From an uncultured Methanolobus sp. (GTDB lineage: Archaea; Halobacteriota; Methanosarcinia; Methanosarcinales; Methanosarcinaceae): a stretch of 64,000 nt of DNA. Shown here one piece after another: positions 9,539 through 19,682 of this stretch. The notes beneath the pieces are model-generated. The model saw only the letters and a list, made by a program, of their open reading frames with translations, was not told where the DNA came from and made no database searches. The DNA is taken from contig OY776215.1 in NCBI GenBank assembly GCA_963675495.1, positions 256,001-320,000 on the forward strand, given 5' to 3'. Each line of letters starts with the position of its first letter. Position 1 is the stretch's first letter. The translations under genes and the position numbers were made by a program.

Positions 9539-12211
9539 TCAATTTTGTTTCGATTCTCTTTTTTCCTGACGTTTTTTATAAACCAATTTTTCTGCTTCTA
9601 TTACAAAGAACACTGTACTTGATACCAGTACTATGGTAATCCAGTCAGCAATTTCCAGAGGAGCAGTACGCAGTACACCATTCATCAAAGGACTGTAAGT
9701 GATGAAAAGTTGCAAAAGTATAACGAGTGATACTCCACCTAACATAATTCGATTTGAGAATAGACGTCCAATGACATTCTCATAAATGGACTTCGAGCTG
9801 AAAAGATAAAACACCTCAAAAAGAACAATGGTATTCAATACTATGGTCTGTCCTTTTGATACATCTATATTTTGACCATTCATCTCAAAGAAGAATAGCA
9901 GAAAACTTGCCGTTACCATCAAAAGTGCTACGGTGACTATCCTGCGCTTAATAATTGGAAGTAGGATGGGTTCATTCGGGGAACGAGGTTGCCTTTTTAG
10001 AAGGTTACTTTCTTTTGGTTCAAATACAATAGGAACGCCCAATCCTATGGCTGTAACAGTATTGATCCACAGTATATGGATTGGCAGAAGCGGAGGATTT
10101 GTGATCCCAAGCAAAACTGCTGCCATGATAGCAAGACCCTCTGCAGCATTGGTAGGTAGTGTCCAGAGAATGACCTTCTGTATCTTATCATAGACATCCC
10201 TGCCCTCCTCGATGGCATTAACGATGGATGCGAAATTATCATCTGCAAGTACCATATCGGAGGCTTCCTTGGCAACTTCCGTACCTGAGCTGCCCATTGC
10301 GACACCAATATCAGCTCTTTTGAGTGCCGGTGCGTCATTGATGCCATCTCCCGTTACTGCAACTACATTTCCCTGTTCCTGTAGTAAGCGTACAATACGG
10401 GATTTATCCTCAGGAGACGTGCGTGCGAAAACTGATATATCTTTTAGATTTTCCGATAGGTGTTCATCGGACATGCTGTCCAGATCTGAACCGGACAATG
10501 CTCCTTTAGTTGTTATCCCGAGCTGTCCGGCAATGCTATTAGCTGTAAGTACATGGTCGCCAGTTATCATAACTACCCTGATACCGGCGTTGTTGCACTT
10601 TCGTATAGCTTCTTTCACCTCGTCCCTGGGAGGGTCCATCATGCCTTGTAACCCAAGGAATGTAAGGTCATTGACATCTTCAACATATAGCTCTTTTTTA
10701 TTTTTGTCCACGTGTTTGTATGCCATTGCGATAACACGTAAACCACTTGATGCCATGTTGGAAGCTGCTTCAAGTATTTTTCCGGACTTGATCTCAGTTT
10801 CCTTCTCTCCGTCATATTGTGAATGGCACATATTGATTATTTTCTCTGGAGAACCTTTTACATATACAATATTTGAACCATTGTTTTCCTCATGAAGAGT
10901 AGCCATGAATCTTTTCTCAGACTCAAAGGGGAGAGAATCCAATCTGGGAAGATGAAAAACGGATACTTTCATTGCTGAGACGAGCAGAGCGCCTTCGGTG
11001 GGGTCTCCCTGAATGCCACCTTCGTCTTTGATATAAGCATCATTGCACAAAGCTCCTGCTTTTAGAGTGTCCAGAAGAGATGAGTACTTCTGAGCATCAA
11101 TCTTTCTGTTGTTCTGAAAGAACTCACCTTCGATGGAATAACCATCCCCGGTGACAGCAAACAGACCATCGTTAGTGTAAATTGATGTCACGGTCATCTG
11201 ATTCATAGTAAGCGTTCCCGTTTTATCTGAACAGATGACCGTTGCCGAGCCAAGAGTTTCAACAGAAGGCAGATTCCTTATAATGGAATTCTTGGATGCC
11301 ATTGATTTGACACCTATTGCAAGTGATATTGTGATAAGGGCTGGCAATCCTTCGGGTATCGCAGCAACCGCCATGCTCACAGTTGCCAGGAATATCTCCA
11401 GATTCTCAAAACCCTGCAACCTGCCTATTATGTACGTTAAAATGGAAACAAATATGATTACTATGAAGAGTTTTTTCCCAAGGCGGTTTACAGTACGTGT
11501 GAGAGGTGTTGAGATGGTCTCAGATTCTCTTATGAGTTCCGATATTTTTCCTATCTCGGTCCGCGCACCAGTTGACACGACTACTCCCATACCAACACCC
11601 TGTGTGATGAGTGTAGCTGAGAACGCCATGTTCTTCTGATCACCAAGGGCTATGTCCTCGCCTGCAATATGTGTGGTGTTCTTTTCAGCAGCCAGAGATT
11701 CACCGGTAAGTGCTGATTCATCTATGCGCAGATTTTTTGTCTGGAACAATCGCAAGTCTGCAGGTACCCTGGAGCCAGCTTCAAGAAGCACCACATCACC
11801 GACGACTAATTCCCTGCTGGGAATTAATTTGCGTAGCCCTTCTCTTATCACAATGGCTTCGGATTGCATCATTTTTGCCAGTGATTCAAGAGCGTTTTCT
11901 GCTTTACTTTCCTGAATGAAACCGATGATGGCATTTGCAAAAATGACGCCTGTTATCACAATAGAATCTGCATATTCATCCAGGATAAAGGTTATTATGG
12001 CTGCAGCGATCAGTACATAAATAAGAGGATTAGCAAACTGTTTTAAGAATTTATAGACAGGTCCGTGCCTTCTCTTTGTTTCAACTTCATTGTACCCATG
12101 TTTTGACAGACGTAATGAAACTTCATCATTGCGGAGTCCTTCTTTATTTGTTTCCAGAAGACTGAAAGTTTCATCACCAGTGGCGCGATACCAGCTAACA
12201 TCCCCATCCAT
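9539..12211 (-). CDS. Cation-transporting P-type ATPase (Ca2+ P2A-like)
   Basis: TGES, IPEGL, DKTGTLT, KGSPE, TGDH, GDGINDAPAL. Confidence 0.93.
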   Translation of the reverse strand: MDGDVSWYRATGDETFSLLETNKEGLRNDEVSLRLSKHGYNEVETKRRHGPVYKFLKQFANPLIYVLIAAAIITFILDEYADSIVITGVIFANAIIGFIQESKAENALESLAKMMQSEAIVIREGLRKLIPSRELVVGDVVLLEAGSRVPADLRLFQTKNLRIDESALTGESLAAEKNTTHIAGEDIALGDQKNMAFSATLITQGVGMGVVVSTGARTEIGKISELIRESETISTPLTRTVNRLGKKLFIVIIFVSILTYIIGRLQGFENLEIFLATVSMAVAAIPEGLPALITISLAIGVKSMASKNSIIRNLPSVETLGSATVICSDKTGTLTMNQMTVTSIYTNDGLFAVTGDGYSIEGEFFQNNRKIDAQKYSSLLDTLKAGALCNDAYIKDEGGIQGDPTEGALLVSAMKVSVFHLPRLDSLPFESEKRFMATLHEENNGSNIVYVKGSPEKIINMCHSQYDGEKETEIKSGKILEAASNMASSGLRVIAMAYKHVDKNKKELYVEDVNDLTFLGLQGMMDPPRDEVKEAIRKCNNAGIRVVMITGDHVLTANSIAGQLGITTKGALSGSDLDSMSDEHLSENLKDISVFARTSPEDKSRIVRLLQEQGNVVAVTGDGINDAPALKRADIGVAMGSSGTEVAKEASDMVLADDNFASIVNAIEEGRDVYDKIQKVILWTLPTNAAEGLAIMAAVLLGITNPPLLPIHILWINTVTAIGLGVPIVFEPKESNLLKRQPRSPNEPILLPIIKRRIVTVALLMVTASFLLFFFEMNGQNIDVSKGQTIVLNTIVLFEVFYLFSSKSIYENVIGRLFSNRIMLGGVSLVILLQLFITYSPLMNGVLRTAPLEIADWITIVLVSSTVFFVIEAEKLVYKKRQEKRESKQN

Positions 12212-12382
12212 AAAAGCAGATACACTTTCATGGATTAAATTGTTTTGTAAGATGGAATGAACTGTAAAAAAATGATATTATACAATTTTGCTATTGCTAC
12301 TGATAATTTATTTTTTAGCAGATAAATTATAATAACAATATTATGATATTAATATTATAAACAGACTACACGGAGGCTTTAT

Positions 12383-12588
12383 ATGAAAAAATGCTTGCAA
12401 TTGTATTAGTAATTATGTTCACCGTTGTTGCATTATCTGGTAATGTCATGGCAAATGCAATGGGTGATGAAAACTACAACGATCACAGTGCAGATGAGAC
12501 ACAACCAGGTAAATGCGACATCGGACCTGGTGCACCAGCTGAAGACATCGATCCTGCTGAAGATCGAACGAGAAATAAAGAGAGCTGA
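12383..12588 (+). CDS. Small secreted acidic protein; SD-linked ATG at 12383 is 1 nt out of frame with the ORF starting at 12391
   Basis: GGAGG at 12372-12376; signal peptide (M-K-K)MLAIVLVIMFTVVALSGNVMA; poly-T terminator follows. Confidence 0.55.
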
Positions 12589-12762
12589 TATTTTTGGTTT
12601 TTTTTAATTTTGGCATGTCGAATTAATTAGGAAGTTCACAGACCAAATAAACATTTTTTCAAATTTATTACAATCCAAGTTGCATTCTGAAGACTTTAAC
12701 GACTTCAAATTTTTCTTTTTTATGCCAAAAACTAAAATAGATTGCAGACTGTCTTTTATTAC

Positions 12763-14202
12763 ATGAGTTCAATTCACGATGATCTAATCAAGTCGCTTAA
12801 CTCCAAACAGGAAGCATATGTGGATCTGGAATTAGCAAACCCGTCAAACGGGGAATATTTGCTTAGTGTATTTCACATGGTCCCGGGGGGAAAATTCAAC
12901 GTTCTTCAGGCTGCTGCAGAGGTAGCTGCTGAATCTTCCACAGGTACTAATTTTAAAGTTACTACAGAAACTCCTTTTTCCAGGACGATGAACGCGCTGG
13001 TCTATCAGCTCGATCTGGAAAGGGAGCTTATATGGATAGCTTATCCCTGGAGGCTTTTTGACAGGGGAGGCAATGTCCAGAACATTCTGACATATATTGT
13101 GGGTAATATTCTTGGAATGAAAGAAGTAGCAGCTTTGAAACTGCTCGATGTCTGGTTCCCTCCTTCAATGCTTGAGCAGTATGACGGGCCAAGTTATACT
13201 GTGGATGATATGAGGAAGTACCTGAACGTCTATGACAGGCCAATTCTTGGAACCATAGTAAAACCAAAGATGGGACTTACTTCAGCAGAGTATGCTGAGG
13301 TATGTTATGATTTCTGGGCAGGTGGCGGGGATTTCGTCAAGAATGATGAGCCACAGGCAAATCAGGATTTCTGCCCGTATGATAAGATGGTGAAGCATGT
13401 AAAAGAGGCCATGGATAAAGCTGTGAAGGAAACAGGCCACAAAAAAGTACACTCTTTCAATGTTTCAGCCGCCGATCTTGATACCATGATAGAGCGATGT
13501 GAAATGATAGTAGGGGCAGGATTTGAGCCGGGAAGCTATGCTTTTCTCATTGACGGAATAACTGCTGGCTGGATGGCTGTGCAGACACTCAGGCGAAGAT
13601 ATCCTGATGTGTTCATTCATTTCCACAGGGCAGCCCACGGAGCTTATACGAGGCCGGAGAACCCATTGGGATTCTCAGTACTTGTACTGTCCAAGTTTGC
13701 CAGGCTTGCCGGTGCTTCAGGAATCCATACGGGTACTGCAGGTGTTGGTAAAATGCAAGGAACGCCTGAGGATGATGTTGTTGCTGCACACGGCATTCAG
13801 TACATGAGCTCCATGGGTCACTTCTTCGACCAAAGCTGGTCAAAGATACCTGAGACCGACAAAGATGCGATAGGTCTTGTGAATGAAGATATGGCACACC
13901 ATGTTATTCTTGAGGACGACAGCTGGAGAGGTATGAAAAAATGCTGTCCTATTGTTTCCGGTGGTCTAAACCCTGTCAGGCTTAAACCTTTCATCGATGC
14001 TATGGAGAATGTTGATTTCATAACAACGATGGGTTCCGGTGTCCACGCTCATCCAGGTGGAACCCAGGATGGTGCCAGGGCTCTGGTTCAGGCATGTGAT
14101 GCCTATCTTAAGAATATTGATATTGCAGATTATGCAAAAGACCATGCAGAGCTTGCACAAGCTATTGACTTTTTCACAAAAGCATCGAAAGATGCCATGT
14201 GA
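12763..14202 (+). CDS. rbcL: Ribulose-1,5-bisphosphate carboxylase, form II/III (Methanococcoides-type, with Rubisco assembly domain)
   Basis: AAESSTGT, IVKPKMGL, GGDFVKNDE catalytic motif, HFHRA, HTGTAGVGKM, SGG; insertion WSKIP...LEDDS. Confidence 0.95.
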   Translation: MSSIHDDLIKSLNSKQEAYVDLELANPSNGEYLLSVFHMVPGGKFNVLQAAAEVAAESSTGTNFKVTTETPFSRTMNALVYQLDLERELIWIAYPWRLFDRGGNVQNILTYIVGNILGMKEVAALKLLDVWFPPSMLEQYDGPSYTVDDMRKYLNVYDRPILGTIVKPKMGLTSAEYAEVCYDFWAGGGDFVKNDEPQANQDFCPYDKMVKHVKEAMDKAVKETGHKKVHSFNVSAADLDTMIERCEMIVGAGFEPGSYAFLIDGITAGWMAVQTLRRRYPDVFIHFHRAAHGAYTRPENPLGFSVLVLSKFARLAGASGIHTGTAGVGKMQGTPEDDVVAAHGIQYMSSMGHFFDQSWSKIPETDKDAIGLVNEDMAHHVILEDDSWRGMKKCCPIVSGGLNPVRLKPFIDAMENVDFITTMGSGVHAHPGGTQDGARALVQACDAYLKNIDIADYAKDHAELAQAIDFFTKASKDAM

Positions 14203-14239
14203 TTCTTTTGAAGTTAAATTAAAATAATAACTCAAAAGG

Positions 14240-15019
14240 ATGATCGGGATGAAACTAAGGGATCTTGTGGACTGGAATATTTACTGGCTTCTTTTTATGC
14301 TGGGTGAATTTTCCTTGTTTGCAGCCCTTCCATATTCTATCTCGATGTCAGGTGATGCAATATATGATCTGGCAGTATCACTGCCTAATATTCTTGCTGC
14401 TCAATTTGCCCGATCGACTGTCTTCTTTATATTCTCTATCTTCATAGGCTTGTATCTTGGTAAAAAGATAGGCCTGGAAACACCATTGCTCACTTCGATA
14501 TTTGAAGGCAAAGGCTTGCCTGAAGGTTTTGCATCCACAGTAAAATTATCAATTTTTCTTGGTATCCTTGCATCGATCATTATTTTTATCCTGGACCGTT
14601 TCGTTCTTTCAATGTTTGGTGAACCTCTGCTGGTCCTTTTGACAACCCCGCCTTTATGGCAGCGTTTGCTGTACACGTTCTATGCAGGGATGGTTGAAGA
14701 GCTCGTGCTGAGGTTTTTCCTTCTGACACTACTTATGTGGATATCATGGAAAATTAAAAAGACATCTGATGGTCTTCCAACTAATATGGGTGCCTGGATA
14801 GCAATACTTCTAGTCAGTTTTATTTATGGTCTGGGTTATCTAACCAAATCGCCTTCTGCGGACATAGACCACTTTCTGAATCTTCGCATTGTTATATTAA
14901 ATGCAATTGCCGGAATCTCATTTGGTTGGTTATACTGGAAAAAAGGAATTGAAGCAGCAATTATTGCAAACCTCACTGCTACTTTTATGATATTAGTAGT
15001 CCTTGGTTCATTGTTCTGA
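14240..15019 (+). CDS. CPBP (CAAX/Abi) family intramembrane protease homolog, possibly inactive
   Basis: EELVLRF motif 1 and FGWLYWKKGIEAAIIA; both expected His residues replaced (YGLGY, ANL). Confidence 0.75.
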   Translation: MIGMKLRDLVDWNIYWLLFMLGEFSLFAALPYSISMSGDAIYDLAVSLPNILAAQFARSTVFFIFSIFIGLYLGKKIGLETPLLTSIFEGKGLPEGFASTVKLSIFLGILASIIIFILDRFVLSMFGEPLLVLLTTPPLWQRLLYTFYAGMVEELVLRFFLLTLLMWISWKIKKTSDGLPTNMGAWIAILLVSFIYGLGYLTKSPSADIDHFLNLRIVILNAIAGISFGWLYWKKGIEAAIIANLTATFMILVVLGSLF

Positions 15020-15108
15020 TTTGTTGCGGATTTCAAATATGCTTTTCATGTATGGACTGTTCTTCATTTTTGGAAATTGTGCTTAAAAGACATTATGAAA
15101 AAGTTTAA

Positions 15109-15909
15109 TTAAGAAGTGTTGTTTATCTCTTTTTTTATCGAAAGATAACACTTCTCAAATAATTCCTGATTACCACTTATCTCAAATGTACTGTATCCAA
15201 AAATATCTGCAAAGTCTTTGATCTTTTCATCGATGTCTTTTACATAGGTAAGGCCAGTGTTGACCTTTGCAACTCTTGAGTATCCTGCATTGTCATTCAC
15301 CATTTTTGCCATTTTTAGTGCACGTTCTGGATTTGAATGTAATTTTTTCAGGTTCAGGACCTCTTTCCATGAGCTGGCATACATAGGTGTAAAAAAGAAA
15401 GCAGGTTCTTTGCTATGAGTTTTCAGTAATTTCAGGTAGTTAGCACCACCTCCTACTGTTGCTCCGATACAATCGTCTACAATTCGTTCATCATCCCTGA
15501 GTATTCGTACCGTACAACCATCTTTTTCCAGGCAGAAATCTTCTTCCACATTGCCCAGAACGTTACCACAAAGTCCATAAAAAATAAGTATGCCATTGGA
15601 GAATGATATCATTTCCCGTATACTTTGATAGACACGGGATTTCAGCTCTTTTGGTACAGCATGAAGTCCGAGTTCCATGATGTTCACAACAACAGTTAAT
15701 TTGTTCTTGTCGATCTTTTTAAGAGCATGAGGTATTTTTTCAAATGGAATGATTTTATGAGTTATATTTAATTCACCAAGTTTTTCAGTAAATTCAGAAA
15801 TGTTCCCATTTGCTGCAATTATAACATTTTCAACTTGAGAATCATTATCCAAAAGCCAGACAAGTTCATCCTGAAGTATTTTACAAGCCAGTATACTTAA
15901 AACGGTCAT
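15109..15909 (-). CDS. DUF1638 domain protein
   Basis: ILACKILQDE, ELGLHAVP, FYGLCGN, VDDCIG motifs typical of Methanosarcinales DUF1638. Confidence 0.8.
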   Translation of the reverse strand: MTVLSILACKILQDELVWLLDNDSQVENVIIAANGNISEFTEKLGELNITHKIIPFEKIPHALKKIDKNKLTVVVNIMELGLHAVPKELKSRVYQSIREMISFSNGILIFYGLCGNVLGNVEEDFCLEKDGCTVRILRDDERIVDDCIGATVGGGANYLKLLKTHSKEPAFFFTPMYASSWKEVLNLKKLHSNPERALKMAKMVNDNAGYSRVAKVNTGLTYVKDIDEKIKDFADIFGYSTFEISGNQELFEKCYLSIKKEINNTS

Positions 15910-16109
15910 TTTTCCTCTGAATTATACATATAATTTAAGAGTACTTGAATATTTTCTTAAAGGTTAGGATAGTACATAAATTCTATTCGAAGTCTGGATA
16001 AGTAAACCTATTTGACCTGCATTTGTAGCAGGCTAATATGGTTCTTTTAAAGACAATAACCCCGTTTCTTAAAGAAACAAATTTCCCCACTGCTCATACT
16101 TTAAATAAT

Positions 16110-16283
16110 TGTGATGACTGAAACATGAACGTAACAAACCTAGTGTGTGGAGTAATGTGGATAGGTTTGTTAACGTTCGTATATCTTTGTTCGTTTTTAG
16201 CTTCAGTTACTTTTAATCAAGTCCATATCGTACCACCGAAAGGCTATACAGTCAGTCTGAGTCTTCAACCTTTGTGACTGCAA
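16110..16283 (-). ncRNA. Candidate structured small RNA
   Basis: Hairpin 16127-16178 (GAACG-TAACAAACCTA / TAGGTTTGTTA-A-CGTTC), outer stem TGACTGAA/TTCAGTTA, TATA-like TTTATATA on the minus strand near 16304-16311. Confidence 0.35.
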
Positions 16284-16377
16284 TTCCTACTATATTTTCC
16301 AACTATATAAATATATCTATACTTGTATATATTGTTAGTATGATAATGATGAGGTATGTCCAATAACCTTAATTATT

Positions 16378-17166
16378 TCAGCGATTTGCCAGAACAGAAT
16401 CCATATACTCCATCAAGTGAGTGTGGAGTTTATCTATCTCGTCATTCTGTGGCAGTATGGCTATCAGTTTATTAATGTAGCCTCTTTCCCTGACAAGTCT
16501 GACAGTTTCTACGAAATTCAGGTCAAATAACCATGCAAGACGTGTGAGATTCATATCATTACATGTTTTGACATTCCTGATGCTTGAAACCCTATCATTG
16601 AATATATCTTCCAGTAGGTCACGATTATATTCAGGAGTATCCGGGAATCCAAGGTAAAGTGCGGGATTTGGAGATGTGTCTCTTATAGCATAGTAATCTG
16701 TCAGAACCTTGTAGATATCCAGCTTGTCTGCATCCCTGATGAGTTTAGAATGAAAAAGGGTTCGCATATCAAGATTTTCGGGTAAAATATGCACATTATG
16801 ATTTTTGATGGCCGTAAAGATAATTTCCTGTTCTTCGTGAGGCAGTCCTAAAAGGACTCCTTCTGTTTTTAATATTTTCACTCCTAAAAGAGCATGGTTT
16901 TCAGATTCAGAATCATTGAAGGTTCTGTATTTGCTAATCTGCTCAAAACGGCCTATATCGTGAAGAAGACCAATAACCTTTGCAAGACAATAGTCCTCAT
17001 CATTCAGGTTTTCAGATATTGCGATCAGAGACGCATTTTCACACACCCTGATACTATGGTCTTTTTTGAGCTTTATGTTTTTTTGAATAAAGCTATCATC
17101 TAAGTGGAAAGACCCGACATAGCGGAAAAACCATTCTTTGAATTTAAGAAAATCTTCTTCTTTCAT
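16378..17166 (-). CDS. HD-domain phosphohydrolase
   Basis: KKDHS, LLHDIGRF, NHA, KNHN, IRDADKLDI. Confidence 0.85.
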   Translation of the reverse strand: MKEEDFLKFKEWFFRYVGSFHLDDSFIQKNIKLKKDHSIRVCENASLIAISENLNDEDYCLAKVIGLLHDIGRFEQISKYRTFNDSESENHALLGVKILKTEGVLLGLPHEEQEIIFTAIKNHNVHILPENLDMRTLFHSKLIRDADKLDIYKVLTDYYAIRDTSPNPALYLGFPDTPEYNRDLLEDIFNDRVSSIRNVKTCNDMNLTRLAWLFDLNFVETVRLVRERGYINKLIAILPQNDEIDKLHTHLMEYMDSVLANR

Positions 17167-17203
17167 TAGCAGGCACAAATAAATTTAAGACCCGATTGTC
17201 AAT

Positions 17204-17629
17204 TTATGCTTCTACAATTTTTATCTTGAAGGTCAATGCTTTGCCTGCAAGTGGGTGGTTCAGGTCAAAAGTAACTTCTTCATCTGTTAGGTCAATTATT
17301 TTTGCAGGCATCTGTTGTCCATTTGGAGTTTGTACAAGGAATATTTTTCCAATTTCCATATCCATACTTGTCTGAACAACATCCCTGGACACAGTATCAA
17401 TAAGTGCATCGGTATACTCACCATATGCTTCTGCAGGTTCAAGTCTGAACTCTTTTTCCTCACCCACTTCCATATCCCTTACAGCATCATCGAAGCCTTT
17501 TATGACTTTCCCGGAACCTACTGTAAACTCTAACGGTTGTCCGTGATTTTCCGATGAATCAAAAATGAAACCATCATCGAGTGTGCCTGTATAATCTATC
17601 TTTACTACATCTCCATCTTTTATTGCCAA
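17204..17629 (-). CDS. FKBP-type (SlyD-like) peptidyl-prolyl isomerase
   Basis: DYTGTL, FDSS, VIKGFD, AEAYG, DLNHPLAGKAL. Confidence 0.93.
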   Translation of the reverse strand: MAIKDGDVVKIDYTGTLDDGFIFDSSENHGQPLEFTVGSGKVIKGFDDAVRDMEVGEEKEFRLEPAEAYGEYTDALIDTVSRDVVQTSMDMEIGKIFLVQTPNGQQMPAKIIDLTDEEVTFDLNHPLAGKALTFKIKIVEA

Positions 17630-17726
17630 TTTATCAACTCGCTTTGTGCATTCGAGGTAGCCTACTTTACTTAGTTATTTTGGTGATACTATTACTTAAT
17701 CACCCACCCTGCCTTCCTGCTAGTTC

Positions 17727-18209
17727 TCAATTTTGTCCTTTAGTAAAAAGCATTTTGTCGCCGTTCTCATCCAGATAGAGTGCAAGCTGATCATTCTCTA
17801 TTGCTATTGATTTCACATTACCCAGGAAAGCCAGGTATTTGTTATCAAATGATTCATCACCACAATAAGCTAATGTCATTGGACCGGGATTTATTGTTAT
17901 TTTATCTTCTTCCACTGTATAGATTCCACTGCCACTGTTGCAGTCTGCTTTTATTGAATATGTACCATCTTCCGAGAAAGTAATTGTATACTTTTCCGAA
18001 TCAGGAACTAATGTCTTAATGTCAGGTTCTGTTTCAACAGTTTCCGACCATTGCCATTCGATACCAATAATGTCGTTAAGGACTATAGCCTTAGATTCAA
18101 TTTCGTCTATTTCTTCCTTTGTAGTTTCAGCACATCCGGACACTAAAAAGCTGCCTGCAATTAAACTGAGGACAAGAAGGAAATATAGTGATTTTTGTTT
18201 ATGTTCCAT
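17727..18209 (-). CDS. META (HslJ-like) domain lipoprotein
   Basis: Lipobox VSGC; ADCNSGSG and MTLAYC Cys pair. Confidence 0.8.
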   Translation of the reverse strand: MEHKQKSLYFLLVLSLIAGSFLVSGCAETTKEEIDEIESKAIVLNDIIGIEWQWSETVETEPDIKTLVPDSEKYTITFSEDGTYSIKADCNSGSGIYTVEEDKITINPGPMTLAYCGDESFDNKYLAFLGNVKSIAIENDQLALYLDENGDKMLFTKGQN

Positions 18210-18420
18210 AATTTTTATCTCCTAAAACAAAGTATGCTTTCCCATTATTTATGTGCACCTTAAACTTCAAATTAATTTGAAGTCTTTTGATACGGTATTT
18301 ATTGTGAGATACCTTAAGTACTGTAAGATTTCGCAGAAAATTTTTACATATTGATACAAAGATTATAATATCACCCGCATCATTGAAGTCAAGAATACAT
18401 ATTAAAGGGATGAATGAACG

Positions 18421-18888
18421 ATGCCAGACGGAAAAACTCATGAAACGATAAATGCTGCAGTGCTGTTAGTTGTACTATCCGGTCTATCTTATATAATGTG
18501 GAAAGAAACGAATATAGCGGTTAAATATCTGGATACTTACGTGATATTGACTTTTTCTGTGTCCTATCTGTTTGCAACCTTCTTCCTCAGTCCGGACCTT
18601 GATATCAATAGCACACCATACAAAAGATGGGGTATTCTCAGAATAATCTGGTGGCCTTATAAGGTTGTATTCAAGCACAGAGGATTTTCACATCATCCAC
18701 TAATTGGACCTCTGTCTATTATACTCAACCTTGCAGTAATAGTTGCAGCTTTACTCCTGCTTGGTGGTGTTGAGCTACAGAGCATACCTTCCAGCTTCCT
18801 CATAGCCACTATAGCAGGAATGATCCTGTCAATGGAAATTCATATAATATCAGATAGCATTGTCTCAAAGATAAAAAGTGTGTTTTAA
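18421..18888 (+). CDS. DUF2227 putative metal-binding membrane protein
   Basis: MPDGKTH, LSPDLD, RWG..WWPY, HRGFSH, HIISD. Confidence 0.85.
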   Translation: MPDGKTHETINAAVLLVVLSGLSYIMWKETNIAVKYLDTYVILTFSVSYLFATFFLSPDLDINSTPYKRWGILRIIWWPYKVVFKHRGFSHHPLIGPLSIILNLAVIVAALLLLGGVELQSIPSSFLIATIAGMILSMEIHIISDSIVSKIKSVF

Positions 18889-18911
18889 AAATAAATTAAG
18901 AGCAAGACGGT

Positions 18912-19550
18912 TCAGTTGATTCTGTCTTTGAATCCAGTATTCAGATGAGTGCCGTCACAGAACGGCTTGTTTTTGGATCCACCACATCTGCAGAGAGAAT
19001 AGTGGTCCTGAGTTTCAGGTTTTGAGCCATCCGGGTCTTCCAATACGATTCCACCAATGACATTATAGGGACCATTCTTGACAAGAAAAACCTCCGGTTC
19101 ATGTGGATATTCTTTATGCGTCTCTCCGTTGATGGTATAGCTCAATGAGCCTGAAGGACAGGTTCTGATTACTTTTACTATTTCTTCCGGTTTTGCACCA
19201 TCCGGATCGACCCAGGGTTTTTTACCTTTTCTGAATACAGCGGGCAAATTAAGTATGCAATGGCCTATATGGGAACATATCCCCTTATTATGATGAATAG
19301 TTATTTGCTTTCCTACATAAGTGTCTACTCTGTCAGCAACACGATCTTCTTTTTTTTCTCCGGAAAAACCATTTTTCAGATGTACACCATCACAGAATGG
19401 TTTATTTACTGACTCTCCGCATCTGCATAGTGGCATGATAGGACTTGTTTCAATGAAAACACCTTTTGAATTCCTGAATGTTTCTAGGTCTTTTACAATA
19501 AATGGTCCATTTTTTGAGACCTTTATCACAGGTTTATTGCCTTTATCCAT
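18912..19550 (-). CDS. CDGSH iron-sulfur protein (two CDGSH domains flanking a Fer4_19-like domain)
   Basis: LCRCGESVNKPFCDGVH and LCRCGGSKNKPFCDGTH; CSHIGHC...CPSG. Confidence 0.88.
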   Translation of the reverse strand: MDKGNKPVIKVSKNGPFIVKDLETFRNSKGVFIETSPIMPLCRCGESVNKPFCDGVHLKNGFSGEKKEDRVADRVDTYVGKQITIHHNKGICSHIGHCILNLPAVFRKGKKPWVDPDGAKPEEIVKVIRTCPSGSLSYTINGETHKEYPHEPEVFLVKNGPYNVIGGIVLEDPDGSKPETQDHYSLCRCGGSKNKPFCDGTHLNTGFKDRIN

Positions 19551-19682
19551 TATGTTCTCCCTGAAGAACTTTGTTTGCATTGAATTTGTAGTTTTTGTAA
19601 ATCGATTTTAATGAGCTAATTCAACATTAATTCTACAAATCTATAGTTGAATTAATCGTGAGAAAGAGTTGTATTCTTACTT

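Noticed and set aside
10212-11915. Long antisense ORFs (227, 134 and 87 aa) inside the P-type ATPase
   Set aside because: Shadow frames of a conserved gene; Ser/Ile-rich composition and no motifs
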